This document shows, piece after piece, positions 8,604 to 17,629 of a stretch of DNA of 24,000 bases. The position numbers were made by a program, and so were the translations under genes. Under the pieces are notes generated by a model. It was not told the origin of the DNA, did not search any database, and saw only the letters and a list, made by a program, of their open reading frames with translations. The stretch's first letter is position 1. Each line of letters opens with the position of its first letter. The DNA comes from Acaryochloris marina S15 (lineage in GTDB: Bacteria > Cyanobacteriota > Cyanobacteriia > Thermosynechococcales > Thermosynechococcaceae), in contig NZ_CP064923.1 of NCBI RefSeq assembly GCF_018336915.1, positions 3,832,388 to 3,856,387 on the forward strand, in the 5' to 3' direction.

Positions 8604-8835
8604 GATCTCTATTAAGAGCATCTCCAATAGGATGGAGTTCTTATTTCGTAAGCTTTTAAGCCATATTCTTGAAATGATGTTGATCAACTTCTTAAACCCT
8701 GATGTCAATAATATTAGGTTCAAATTGACCCACTCAGTTTTCAGATGGGAGAATTTATTAAATTCCTGCAAGTCATGTGAAATATGGGATTAAAAGCTTT
8801 CTCAGGAACACTTTCTAGGTTTGGATTTTTAAAGA

Positions 8836-8852
8836 CCCCAGAATCCGTTAAA
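8836..8852 (-). repeat. Right arm of a 17-bp perfect inverted repeat (CCCCAGAATCCGTTAAA)
   Basis: Exact reverse complement of 8587-8603; the pair spans 266 bp. Confidence 0.75.
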
Positions 8853-9160
8853 ACAAGCAATAACCAGTGTTTAGATATAATTTTCTATAAAAGCACTTTT
8901 ACCACAAGAGATTTTAGCCTTAGAAGAAAATTAAAAAGAGGCTGAAACACCCCATATATGCTGATGCATAATATACTCCCTTTGTATAGTGTGTAAGTCC
9001 CATGTCTAGGGATATTCAGCGATACGCTAGCATGATCAGTATGATGAAAGTATCGGTTTCACATTTGTTTTCAAGATTGCCAGGTTTATTCCAACTCAAT
9101 TTTTAAGCCAATATACCGATATCCAAATCTCTACACTTTACTAATTTTGGATATAAATTT

Positions 9161-9433
9161 ATGTCGATTTACGTTGGTAACCTCTCATATGACGTTACAG
9201 AGCAAGACCTCAATACCGCTTTTGCAGAATATGGAACTGTAAAAAGTGCAAAGCTCCCCACTGACCGTGAAACAGGTAAGATTCGGGGATTTGGTTTTGT
9301 TGAGATGAGTGATGAAGCTGAGGAAGCCAAAGCTATTGAAGAACTAGACGGTGCTGAATGGATGGGGCGTACCCTGAAAGTAAATCAAGCAAAACCTCGT
9401 GAAGATAGAGGTGGTGGTGGAAATCGCTGGTAG
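9161..9433 (+). CDS. RRM-type RNA-binding protein (cyanobacterial Rbp family, short Gly-rich tail)
   Basis: 90 aa; RNP2 'IYVGNL', RNP1 'RGFGFVEM', C-terminal 'REDRGGGGNRW'. Confidence 0.93.
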   Translation: MSIYVGNLSYDVTEQDLNTAFAEYGTVKSAKLPTDRETGKIRGFGFVEMSDEAEEAKAIEELDGAEWMGRTLKVNQAKPREDRGGGGNRW

Positions 9434-9651
9434 AGGTAATTCTCACTAATGGAACCAGTTAGGAGGTGAGGTGTGATCATCTCAGCCTCCTTGATAGAAT
9501 ACTGCAGAATAAAGGCTACAAGATTTATGTATTTAGTAAATACATTTTGTCGGAAGTACTTATCTTTAGATGACTCCAAAGGTAGGTTGAAATCATCTCA
9601 GTCTACTACCCATTTTTCTAGGTGCTCCCAAATCTTGAATTCTAAAATGGC

Positions 9652-9966
9652 TCACTTGTGAAAGTTATCAGCCTGAGAAAGACGATCAGTTCTGTGCTCA
9701 CTACCTAATGATGAGACTCTATATTTTTTCTGAGGTCTCGCTTGATCAACCTTCAGATCTCGACCCATCCATTCCGCACCATCAAGGGCTTCAATAGCAG
9801 CTTTTTCTTCAGTATCAGACTCCATATCAATAAAAGCAAAGCCGCGTATATGGCCTTTTTCATCAGTTGGAAGCTTAACTTTTTTTATTGTCCCATATGA
9901 TGAAAATACTGTTTTTAGAGCAATCTCTGTAACGTCATCGGCAAGATTACTAATACGAATTGACAT
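9652..9966 (-). CDS. RRM-type RNA-binding protein, divergent paralog without the Gly-rich tail
   Basis: 104 aa; RNP2-like 'IRISNL', RNP1 'RGFAFIDM', shared 'EALDGAEWMGR'. Confidence 0.88.
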   Translation of the reverse strand: MSIRISNLADDVTEIALKTVFSSYGTIKKVKLPTDEKGHIRGFAFIDMESDTEEKAAIEALDGAEWMGRDLKVDQARPQKKYRVSSLGSEHRTDRLSQADNFHK

Positions 9967-10191
9967 ACATTTCCTTTAATCTTCATTGAGTATTGAAAGT
10001 GGAATTTTGAATTTAAATCTGTTTACTAAAAGCGGATTAGTATTTTTGGCATATAGCTTAATCAATACAACGCACCTAAATTAAACACCCTGTAACTTCT
10101 AATATTGAGATATTAACTAATTGATAGGTAGTGATACTCTAACGCCTCCACTTACCCATATCAGGTTTTGGTAGAAGCTTCCTTCTATTCC

Positions 10192-10413
10192 TCAATCACT
10201 CTTCTCTGTTTGTTTAATGAGAACTTTCGTTTGCCCCACCTCGTCGATATTTATAACGATCTCATCTCCTGCCTTAACACGACTGGTCAGAATTTCCTCA
10301 GCAAGACAATCTTCCAAAAGATGTGTGATCGCTCGACGTAGCGGACGCGCTCCCATCTCAGAATCATAGCCTACATCTACTAGCCGCTCCTTAAACAAAT
10401 CGGTAGTGCGCTA
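10192..10413 (-). pseudogene. clpC: clpC 3'-end remnant (C-terminal D2-small domain only)
   Basis: Translation 'TTDLFKERLVDVGYDSEMGARPLRRAITHLLEDCLAEEILTSRVKAGDEIVINIDEVGQTKV' matches the ClpC C-terminus. An in-frame stop lies immediately upstream and there is no AAA+ domain. The ORF track start is a TTG. Confidence 0.8.
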
Positions 10414-10899
10414 GCGAAGTGTGGGATACACAGCTAAATCGTTCCAAGTCCAAGGATTCAAGGATAGCTCCGCTTTTTGAGCTGTGGGTACGGCTATGGG
10501 TCCAAATCCAGTTGAAATAGCTTATACCAATTAGCACCTAAGAGTGTAATTCTAATTATTTGCTAAGCCAACTCAGTATTGGGTTTCACGAGTTTGAGAG
10601 TTACACCTTCAGGCACAGCTTGGTATTAGGTAGCAATGCTTGCCCGCACGATTGACAACCCTTCCAACCTCAGGGACGAAACTCACTCAGGAGCCTCAAC
10701 CCTAGGTCTCTGTAGGTATCAAAGGCTAGAAACCTAACCTACCGTCAGATTTCTAACACATGATTGAAAGCACCTGGAACTATTGTCCACTCTTCGTTAG
10801 TCCAAACTCAAGTATTAGAGGCTGATACTTAAATCAGGGGGCTGAATACAGATAGATAAGGGGCGATGAAAAGCAATGTAGTTTCAGTAAATCTTTTAC

Positions 10900-12474
10900 C
10901 TATAGCCGCACGCGTTGCCAATTTTTTACTCCACCAAATCGATAGCGAGCAGGCCACTCCACATATTTCAGTAAATCCATCAGACTTGAGACATCTTCTG
11001 GCACAGCTATTCCTGATGTAATTCTTTGATAGGGACACTCTGGATTTTCATCATAGTTGGTGCCATTAAAGCCGTTCAAAAAATTCACATCCCGGTGATA
11101 TAAATTGTTCTGGTCATTAGGAGGGGGACACTTTTTGCTCTTGAGCGCAAGAATAGCTTCCATCCATAACACTCCCTCAACATTCGTATTTCTCCCTCCT
11201 GGACAACCTGGGCCAGTAGTTAGCAATCTTAAGTCGTCAATCGGGAACCAGAGAAAGGCATTTTGAATACAGCTGCGGTCAAAGAGGTTAACTTGACTAT
11301 TCCCTCTGGCCAAAATGCGTAAATCCCCTACTTGAGGGAGTTGATCATCCGTCCGAATATTGAGGATTTTGGCATTATCTCGCAGAGTAATCGCTAATTC
11401 TGGATCAGTACCCCCATAAATGACATCAATTTGGACAGGGCCTCCAGTGGTGTCAATGGTTAATACTTCATCGTTGTCTAAATCAATACTTTCGACATGA
11501 TAGAGGGTTGGGGTCATACTACCGACCCCTTTTAAGGTCGTACTTGTTGTAATGCGGCCGAAGTTTGTTCCTTGAATGGTCGTCGGTAGCTTAGGAGGTA
11601 AGTTGCAAGCAAAAATTTTTCCTTCTACTGTATCGATCGGACTACCATCTGCATCAAAATCCTCCCCATCGGTAGACCAAATAGCATCCAAATAATCAGC
11701 ACGACTGGCATCCTCTGGGGCAGCACTATTCGTGAGGGAAGAATTGGCTGAACCATCAGGATTGTAGTAGATATTCCCCTTACTCCCCAGAACCTCGCGC
11801 CCTCTTAGGGCCAGAGTCCCAGTCTTGACGGCACCATTCGTATTGCGGGAAGCGATAATACCTGGAAAATTGTCTAAATCCGGGGTCACATTAATCGTGA
11901 TTATGATGCCTGTGGCCTGACCATTGGTGGTGGCTTCTACAAATAATGTGCCCTGTTGTTGTTTCGGATCATAGCGATAGGCCTTCAAGGAATAGGTGCC
12001 ATTATCACCAATTGAACCGGAAAATTGGAAATTAGGTACCCCCCAGTTCATTTGCTGGTGGCAGGGTTCATTACTGGGGTTATAGCTGGTCCATTCATCA
12101 ATGAGGGCAGTCTCTTCATCTCCACTATTAAAGCTTCCATCTGCACCTAAATAGGTTTTGCCCGTTTTGATATTGATCGTGTCGTAATTGCGGTTGAGCA
12201 AAATGGCGTTGTTGGGGTTCGTCAGTTGCGCCAAGGTTCTGGCCATTCCCCCTTCAGCTGTGGATAGACTTGCACCGGATTCTTTACGTTGCCAAGACGT
12301 GATGCGATCGCTTTGGGCAGTCATGAGCATTGTGAGTCCCAATACCACCATCACAAAGCCTAAACCCAAGGCCAGGGGTAATGCAAAGCCAGCCTGAACA
12401 CCCCGACGATTTGCAGATTGTGTCTGCTGTAACCACCCACGAATAACAGCAGCGGCAAAGGGATTTATCGGCAT
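10900..12474 (-). CDS. Exported protein with one N-terminal TM, resembling a type IV pilus-associated (PilX-like) protein
   Basis: 524 aa; N-terminus 'RRGVQAGFALPLALGLGFVMVVLGLTMLMTAQSDRITSWQRKESGASLSTAEGGMARTLAQL' resembles pilin-like/PilX N-terminal hydrophobic helices. The remainder is an extracellular-type beta-rich region. Confidence 0.5.
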   Translation of the reverse strand: MPINPFAAAVIRGWLQQTQSANRRGVQAGFALPLALGLGFVMVVLGLTMLMTAQSDRITSWQRKESGASLSTAEGGMARTLAQLTNPNNAILLNRNYDTINIKTGKTYLGADGSFNSGDEETALIDEWTSYNPSNEPCHQQMNWGVPNFQFSGSIGDNGTYSLKAYRYDPKQQQGTLFVEATTNGQATGIIITINVTPDLDNFPGIIASRNTNGAVKTGTLALRGREVLGSKGNIYYNPDGSANSSLTNSAAPEDASRADYLDAIWSTDGEDFDADGSPIDTVEGKIFACNLPPKLPTTIQGTNFGRITTSTTLKGVGSMTPTLYHVESIDLDNDEVLTIDTTGGPVQIDVIYGGTDPELAITLRDNAKILNIRTDDQLPQVGDLRILARGNSQVNLFDRSCIQNAFLWFPIDDLRLLTTGPGCPGGRNTNVEGVLWMEAILALKSKKCPPPNDQNNLYHRDVNFLNGFNGTNYDENPECPYQRITSGIAVPEDVSSLMDLLKYVEWPARYRFGGVKNWQRVRL

Positions 12475-12901
12475 CGAATCATTCCTCTTTGGAAAGGCAG
12501 AGAAAAGGCCTGGAACGCCCTAATATAAGGCAGTTTGATCATGTCAAAAACATGATGCCGATCACTGCAATATGCATCAAACCCAGCCATAGTAAACCTA
12601 GAGGAGGTTAGCAGTTCAACTAAACATTACCTAAAAGCCAGAGCAACCAAATGCTCGTATCCGTCACTTTAACTTATGGGGGGATGAAAATAGAGTGATT
12701 CTTAATTTCGTCTCAACATCAAGAAATTAAACCTATTTTGTAGGTAGTAAGTGGTTAGAGTTGAGTAATTTTAGGTGCATTCTGAATTTTTAGGTGTATT
12801 GAACTCATCTGTGCCAGACCGTAAATAGGCATCAGCCTCACCGCTAGATGGCCGTGCCAAATTGGCACAATCCCAATTGACGAAAATTTTTGGAGTGGAA
12901 T

Positions 12902-13303
12902 ATGTCGAGAAGCAAATCAATCTTATCTTTAGGAAGTTGCGCTTTCGTTGCCCTGAGCGCAATGTTACCCCTGGGTGCCCAGGCCCAAGCGGATCCCTCT
13001 CAGTTAGGAATTCCTGAAGAGACAACATTTGCTATCATTACGCGAATGAGTGATACTGTGGCCGCCCGTATCTCAGCCTCCTCCTGCAAAGATACTCGCA
13101 ATCTGTTGAAAGAGATGCGTAAGAGCAAAGGCAGCAAAACCTCAGAGCTATCTTTAGAAGGTCAATTGCTAGCCTCGGCCCAAACCCAACCTAAGTTGCA
13201 GCAAGTTGTGGCCAATCGAGTGGGTACAGCCTTGGCCCTTAAACTCATGCAGTGCAACATGATGAATCCTGATACTTTGGGTGCTTTGTTTAACCAGAAA
13301 TAG
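12902..13303 (+). CDS. Small secreted protein of unknown function
   Basis: ORF 12890-13303, likely initiating at the ATG at 12902. Signal peptide-like 'MSRSKSILSLGSCAFVALSAMLPLGAQAQA'; two Cys in the mature part. Confidence 0.6.
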   Translation: MSRSKSILSLGSCAFVALSAMLPLGAQAQADPSQLGIPEETTFAIITRMSDTVAARISASSCKDTRNLLKEMRKSKGSKTSELSLEGQLLASAQTQPKLQQVVANRVGTALALKLMQCNMMNPDTLGALFNQK

Positions 13304-14629
13304 TTAGACCACCACTTTGTTCTCTAGGACATTTTGCTGAGCCTGATGAACTCGATTTCGACCTGAAGTCTTAGCTCCATAGAGTGCCTGATCTGCTTGT
13401 TTGATCAGGTGCTCTTTCGTTTGGGCATCAGCCGGGAAGGTTGCAACGCCTAAACTAGCCGTCATTTCTACCTGCTGCAAGGAGGGCAGAATTACGGTCT
13501 CCTCAGCAATGGCTAGACGGATGCGATCTGCGATCGCAACACTATCATCACTATTGGTCTTAGGAAGAATGACCGCAAACTCCTCGCCCCCGTATCGACA
13601 AACAATATCCCCTGGTCGCACTTCCCGCTGCAGGAGTTGAGCTACTTCACAAAGGGCCAAATCCCCGGCCTGATGGCCAAAGGTATCATTGAGCTGCTTG
13701 AAATGATCAATATCCACCATGATCAGCGAAACTTGATCGGTATTGCGCTGGGATTTCTCCACTTCCACCCTCAACCAGCGATTGAATTCCCGCCGATTGT
13801 AAACCTCCGTTAGACCATCCAACGTGGCTAAACGGTACAAGTCTTTTTGGCTTTGCTCCAGCTTGGTCGCCATCAGGTTAAAGGTTTCTGCCAAATGACT
13901 CAATTCATCGCCTGAGGCCAAAGCAATCCGATGGCTCAATTCTCCCTTACCTAATTTTTCAACCCCTTCCTCCAAAGTTTGCAGTGGAACTGTAATAGAG
14001 CGAGACAGTCCATAGGCAAACACGATTGCTAGCGCCAACGCCAAACCACAAATCATAGCGATGAGCTGTCTAACTTCTTTGCGAACGGCTTTTGCTTGGT
14101 TGGTATTGGCATCATTTTGAAACACAATTAACCGATAATTCAGTTGTTGGACATCTTGCAAAATCATTCTGAGCTGGTCTTGCAGCTCAACTCTGGTAGA
14201 TTGTGTATTTCCTGATTCAGAAATAGAGGGATCTAGGAGTTGTTTACACAGCTGGGAAATTCGTTGCCATTTTCGCTGTATTTCTAGAACAGAATTAAAT
14301 TGGTGTGGATCATGGTGGGAGAATTCTAAGAGCCTTTCCAAACTATTTGTGATGGCCTGACTTTTTTCCTGATACTTATCCCAAGTCATGGGGCGAGATG
14401 GCCCTACCGGAGATGCCACCACATTTAAATCTAGAAATAATCCCTCAACCTCGGCCAGGGGGAACAAGGCTTCCCGACCCAAATTATCGTGCTTATCAAA
14501 ACTACCTAATGCCCCTTCAAAGGAAATGATTGCCCCTGTAGCCAGCATGAGTAAGGGCACAAGCATGGCCCCTAAGCCCAATCGTAGGCGTTGGTTTAGG
14601 GAGGTTTTAGGTGTGGACCAAAAGGGCAT
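13304..14629 (-). CDS. Membrane-bound HAMP-GGDEF diguanylate cyclase
   Basis: N-terminal TM, periplasmic-type region, second TM, HAMP ('SITVPLQTLEEGVEKLGKGELSHRI'), GGDEF domain with an intact 'RYGGEEF' motif. Confidence 0.93.
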   Translation of the reverse strand: MPFWSTPKTSLNQRLRLGLGAMLVPLLMLATGAIISFEGALGSFDKHDNLGREALFPLAEVEGLFLDLNVVASPVGPSRPMTWDKYQEKSQAITNSLERLLEFSHHDPHQFNSVLEIQRKWQRISQLCKQLLDPSISESGNTQSTRVELQDQLRMILQDVQQLNYRLIVFQNDANTNQAKAVRKEVRQLIAMICGLALALAIVFAYGLSRSITVPLQTLEEGVEKLGKGELSHRIALASGDELSHLAETFNLMATKLEQSQKDLYRLATLDGLTEVYNRREFNRWLRVEVEKSQRNTDQVSLIMVDIDHFKQLNDTFGHQAGDLALCEVAQLLQREVRPGDIVCRYGGEEFAVILPKTNSDDSVAIADRIRLAIAEETVILPSLQQVEMTASLGVATFPADAQTKEHLIKQADQALYGAKTSGRNRVHQAQQNVLENKVVV

Positions 14630-14640
14630 AGAAGTACTGG

Positions 14641-17004
14641 TTATTCCGCAATCGGTAAAGACAAGCTCGCTGGATTAGACCGCGCAGCAATAACCTGCTT
14701 AGCAGCTTCCGGCTTCAGGGGACGAGCAAACCAATAGCCTTGCCCAAGTTCACATCCTAAGGTGTGTAGATATTGCATTTGTTCTATCGTTTCAATCCCT
14801 TCTGCCACAACATTCATCTCTAATCCATGGGCAAGGGCAATAATCGTTTTGACAATTTGATCTTGTCCTTGGCCAATCCCCCAGACAAAAGATCGATCGA
14901 TTTTGAGGGTATTAATGGGCAAGTTATACAGATAATTCAAGGATGAATAGCCCGTGCCAAAATCATCCAAACTGAGGGAAATGCCTAAGTTTTGCAATTG
15001 CTCTAATCGATCGGTGACGTAGTAAGTAGACTCCATCAACACCGTTTCGGTAATTTCCAGTTTGAGATGCTGACCGGCGAGTCGGTGCAACTGTAGTAAA
15101 GATTCAACGGACTTAACAAAGTTAGGTTGCAGAAACTGTTGGCTGGACACGTTAATACTCATGGTCAACGGTACAGAAAATTGCTGCTCCCATGTCGATA
15201 GTTGTTGACAAGCCGCTTCTAAAACCCACTGTCCCAAAGGAATAATCAGCCCCGTTTCTTCGGCAACAGGAATGAACTTTTCGGGAGAAATCAGTCCTTG
15301 TTGAGGATGGTGCCATCGCAACAGGGCTTCAAAACCAACCAGCTGCTGTTGCCGCAAGCAGAAAATAGGTTGGTAATACAGTTGAAACGGGTTCTGCCCT
15401 TGATCAATCGCCTTGATGGCATATCTCAAGCTATTGCCTAACCATAAGCGAGAGCGAACTTGCCGATGCATTTTTTCATCAAAGACCACATAGCTCCCTC
15501 GACCATGGGCTTTGGCACGATACATGGCCGTATCTGCGTCTCGCAATAGTTCTTCTGGATGTTGAGACAAACTGGTGGAATGGGTAATACCCATACTGAC
15601 TGAGGTAAATACTTCTTGCTGCTTGAGCTTCAGGGGCTTAGCCAAGGACCGCTGGATACGCTGGACAATTTTATGGGCTTGCTGATGATTCACCACTCCA
15701 TCTAAGAGAATGGCAAACTCATCTCCTCCTAATCGAGCCAGCAAATCTTGAGGTCGCAAACTCTCTTTAAGCTGCTGAGTAATGGCAACGAGGAGCTGAT
15801 CTCCCACACTATGTCCCAGGCTGTCATTGACGAGCTTAAAGTGATCGACATCCAAAAACAGAATGGCGAAATGACTCAGGGTAGGTTGGCGAGAATATCC
15901 TTCCAGTTGTTGCCGCTGGACCTGTTGCAGTTTGTGTTGCAGCTGTTCGTAGAAGTAGTCGCGACTCGGTAATCCGGTCAAGGTATCAAAGAGCGCTTTT
16001 TGTTTGAGTTCCTCGGCTGTCCGATGTCCCTCCATCGCAATACTCGCCAAATGGGTAGCGGTTTTAATGATGTTGAGATGATGAGCAGTCGGGAAACAGG
16101 GGACTTGGTGAGACAGGGCAAAGGTGCCTAAGAGGTCTCCAGACTGGGAGAAAAAAGGCGTGGACCAACAGGCACGAATATTATGTTGTTGGGCAAACTC
16201 CCGGAAGTCCGCCCAGACGGGATCGCGTTGAGTATCTTCAACATAGACAGCCTTGCCACGAAAGGCAGCCGTCCCACAAGAGCCTGCATTTTCAGCAATC
16301 AGTAAATGATCAAAAGCGGCAGCCACTTCCGATGACAAGCTTGGCCCTGCTCCCATGCGCAGTTCCTGTTTGTGGGCATCCCGTAAGAGAATAGAGCACA
16401 CCGTCCCTGGGGACTGACTTTCAATCAATAAACATAAACTGCTGAGGATTGCATCTAGCCCTTGCCCCGTCGCCACATGTTCCAAGATTTGGGTCTGGGT
16501 TTGCAGTAGCGTTTCCGAACGTTTGCGCTGAATGGCCGTTGCTAACACCTGGGCCACACAGGCACCAAAACGGAGATCCTCTTGACTCCAATTCTGGGGC
16601 TCGGGAGTCAAAATTTCCAGTAACCCTAGGGGGCGATCGGTTCCAGGGATGGGGATGCAAAGTCCGCTAATGAGTTGGGGTTGTGTCAGAGGAAGTTGTT
16701 CTGATTGCCCGGAAATAACGGCTGTTTGCCCAGTTTGCATCAATGCCTGTAACCACCGATAGCCCCGACTATCGATATCGGTGGCTTCCCCTAGGAGTGT
16801 CGCTTTTTGTTTTGCCACCAACCTCAGGGTATTGCTATCGGAGAGGACTTGCCACAAACTACAGTCTTCGACTGGCAAGTGGTGACTCATCAGTGCGATC
16901 GCATCTAAATACAAGTCAGTTAAGCTAGACCCGGACAATGCTTTCTGCCCTAATTCAGTTAGTTCCGACTGTCTATCTAGAGGATTTGTCGCAAAGTCAT
17001 TCAT
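14641..17004 (-). CDS. GAF-GAF-GGDEF-EAL protein (c-di-GMP turnover); annotated start at 17085, more plausible start at 17004
   Basis: 'ARLGGDEFAILLDG' GGDEF motif and 'GFEALLRWHHP' EAL motif with 'LSLDDFGTGYSSLNYL'. Two GAF-like regions in the N-terminal half. Ends 11 nt before the start of the HAMP-GGDEF gene. Confidence 0.9.
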   Translation of the reverse strand: MNDFATNPLDRQSELTELGQKALSGSSLTDLYLDAIALMSHHLPVEDCSLWQVLSDSNTLRLVAKQKATLLGEATDIDSRGYRWLQALMQTGQTAVISGQSEQLPLTQPQLISGLCIPIPGTDRPLGLLEILTPEPQNWSQEDLRFGACVAQVLATAIQRKRSETLLQTQTQILEHVATGQGLDAILSSLCLLIESQSPGTVCSILLRDAHKQELRMGAGPSLSSEVAAAFDHLLIAENAGSCGTAAFRGKAVYVEDTQRDPVWADFREFAQQHNIRACWSTPFFSQSGDLLGTFALSHQVPCFPTAHHLNIIKTATHLASIAMEGHRTAEELKQKALFDTLTGLPSRDYFYEQLQHKLQQVQRQQLEGYSRQPTLSHFAILFLDVDHFKLVNDSLGHSVGDQLLVAITQQLKESLRPQDLLARLGGDEFAILLDGVVNHQQAHKIVQRIQRSLAKPLKLKQQEVFTSVSMGITHSTSLSQHPEELLRDADTAMYRAKAHGRGSYVVFDEKMHRQVRSRLWLGNSLRYAIKAIDQGQNPFQLYYQPIFCLRQQQLVGFEALLRWHHPQQGLISPEKFIPVAEETGLIIPLGQWVLEAACQQLSTWEQQFSVPLTMSINVSSQQFLQPNFVKSVESLLQLHRLAGQHLKLEITETVLMESTYYVTDRLEQLQNLGISLSLDDFGTGYSSLNYLYNLPINTLKIDRSFVWGIGQGQDQIVKTIIALAHGLEMNVVAEGIETIEQMQYLHTLGCELGQGYWFARPLKPEAAKQVIAARSNPASLSLPIAE

Positions 17005-17543
17005 AGAGCCAACGATACAAATTTGGGGACCTGTTAAATATGCAATTGAATCACAAGGGTTAATACAACGAATGTTTGACTCCAATCACCCAATCTTAGG
17101 CAAACGGATTATTTCACTGTCCTAAATCCTAGCCAATTCTGTGGAGGGAGAAATATGTAAATCTACTGAAATTTTCTTTACAAAGATATTTATGTATCCA
17201 AACGAACGCTCAATAAAACCTTCTATTCATTGATATAGCCCAATATTTTTTAGCAATCAAAAAACTTAAATCATACATAGAAATCTGTACTAATCCTTGC
17301 TCTCTCAACCTGTATAAAAAGCTAAGCCTCAAAATATAGGCATCACTATAGATAGTTTTGATGTCATAGTTCTCTACATGCCTACAGTTCTCATCTCCTT
17401 TAATCAGTAAGCTTTGTAGGGCTATGTTGTCCTTTGCTCCATAATTTCTACTATAAAAACAGAAATAGTCTTCTACCACAAGGGACTATATTTCAATGGC
17501 ACTGAAAATGTCTACAGAACGGAATCTTTATGAATATAAATAA

Positions 17544-17571
17544 TAAAAAAGAGAGGCACATCGGCCTCTCT
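17544..17571 (-). terminator. Rho-independent terminator of hemL
   Basis: On the minus strand AGAGAGGC-CGATGT-GCCTCTCT followed by TTTTTT: 8-bp perfect stem plus T-tract, ~60 nt downstream of the hemL stop. Confidence 0.85.
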
Positions 17572-17629
17572 TGAATGATTATTTGCAAAGATGATCTTTA
17601 GCTGATGAAATCAACCTCTAAATTAGATC

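Noticed and set aside
8553-8771. Minus-strand 72-aa ORF
   Set aside because: Low-complexity translation, overlaps the left arm of the inverted repeat, no recognisable motif or leader; likely spurious.
9471-9495. AGGAGGTGAG…CTCAGCCTCCT hairpin as terminator of the RRM gene
   Set aside because: Stem is bulged and no T-tract follows; not convincing as an intrinsic terminator.
12771-13028. Minus-strand 85-aa ORF
   Set aside because: Overlaps the start of the more plausible secreted-protein gene and has no protein-like features.
16421-16670. Overlapping antisense ORFs inside the GAF-GGDEF-EAL gene
   Set aside because: Composition follows the high-GC coding frame of the confident gene; shadow ORFs.
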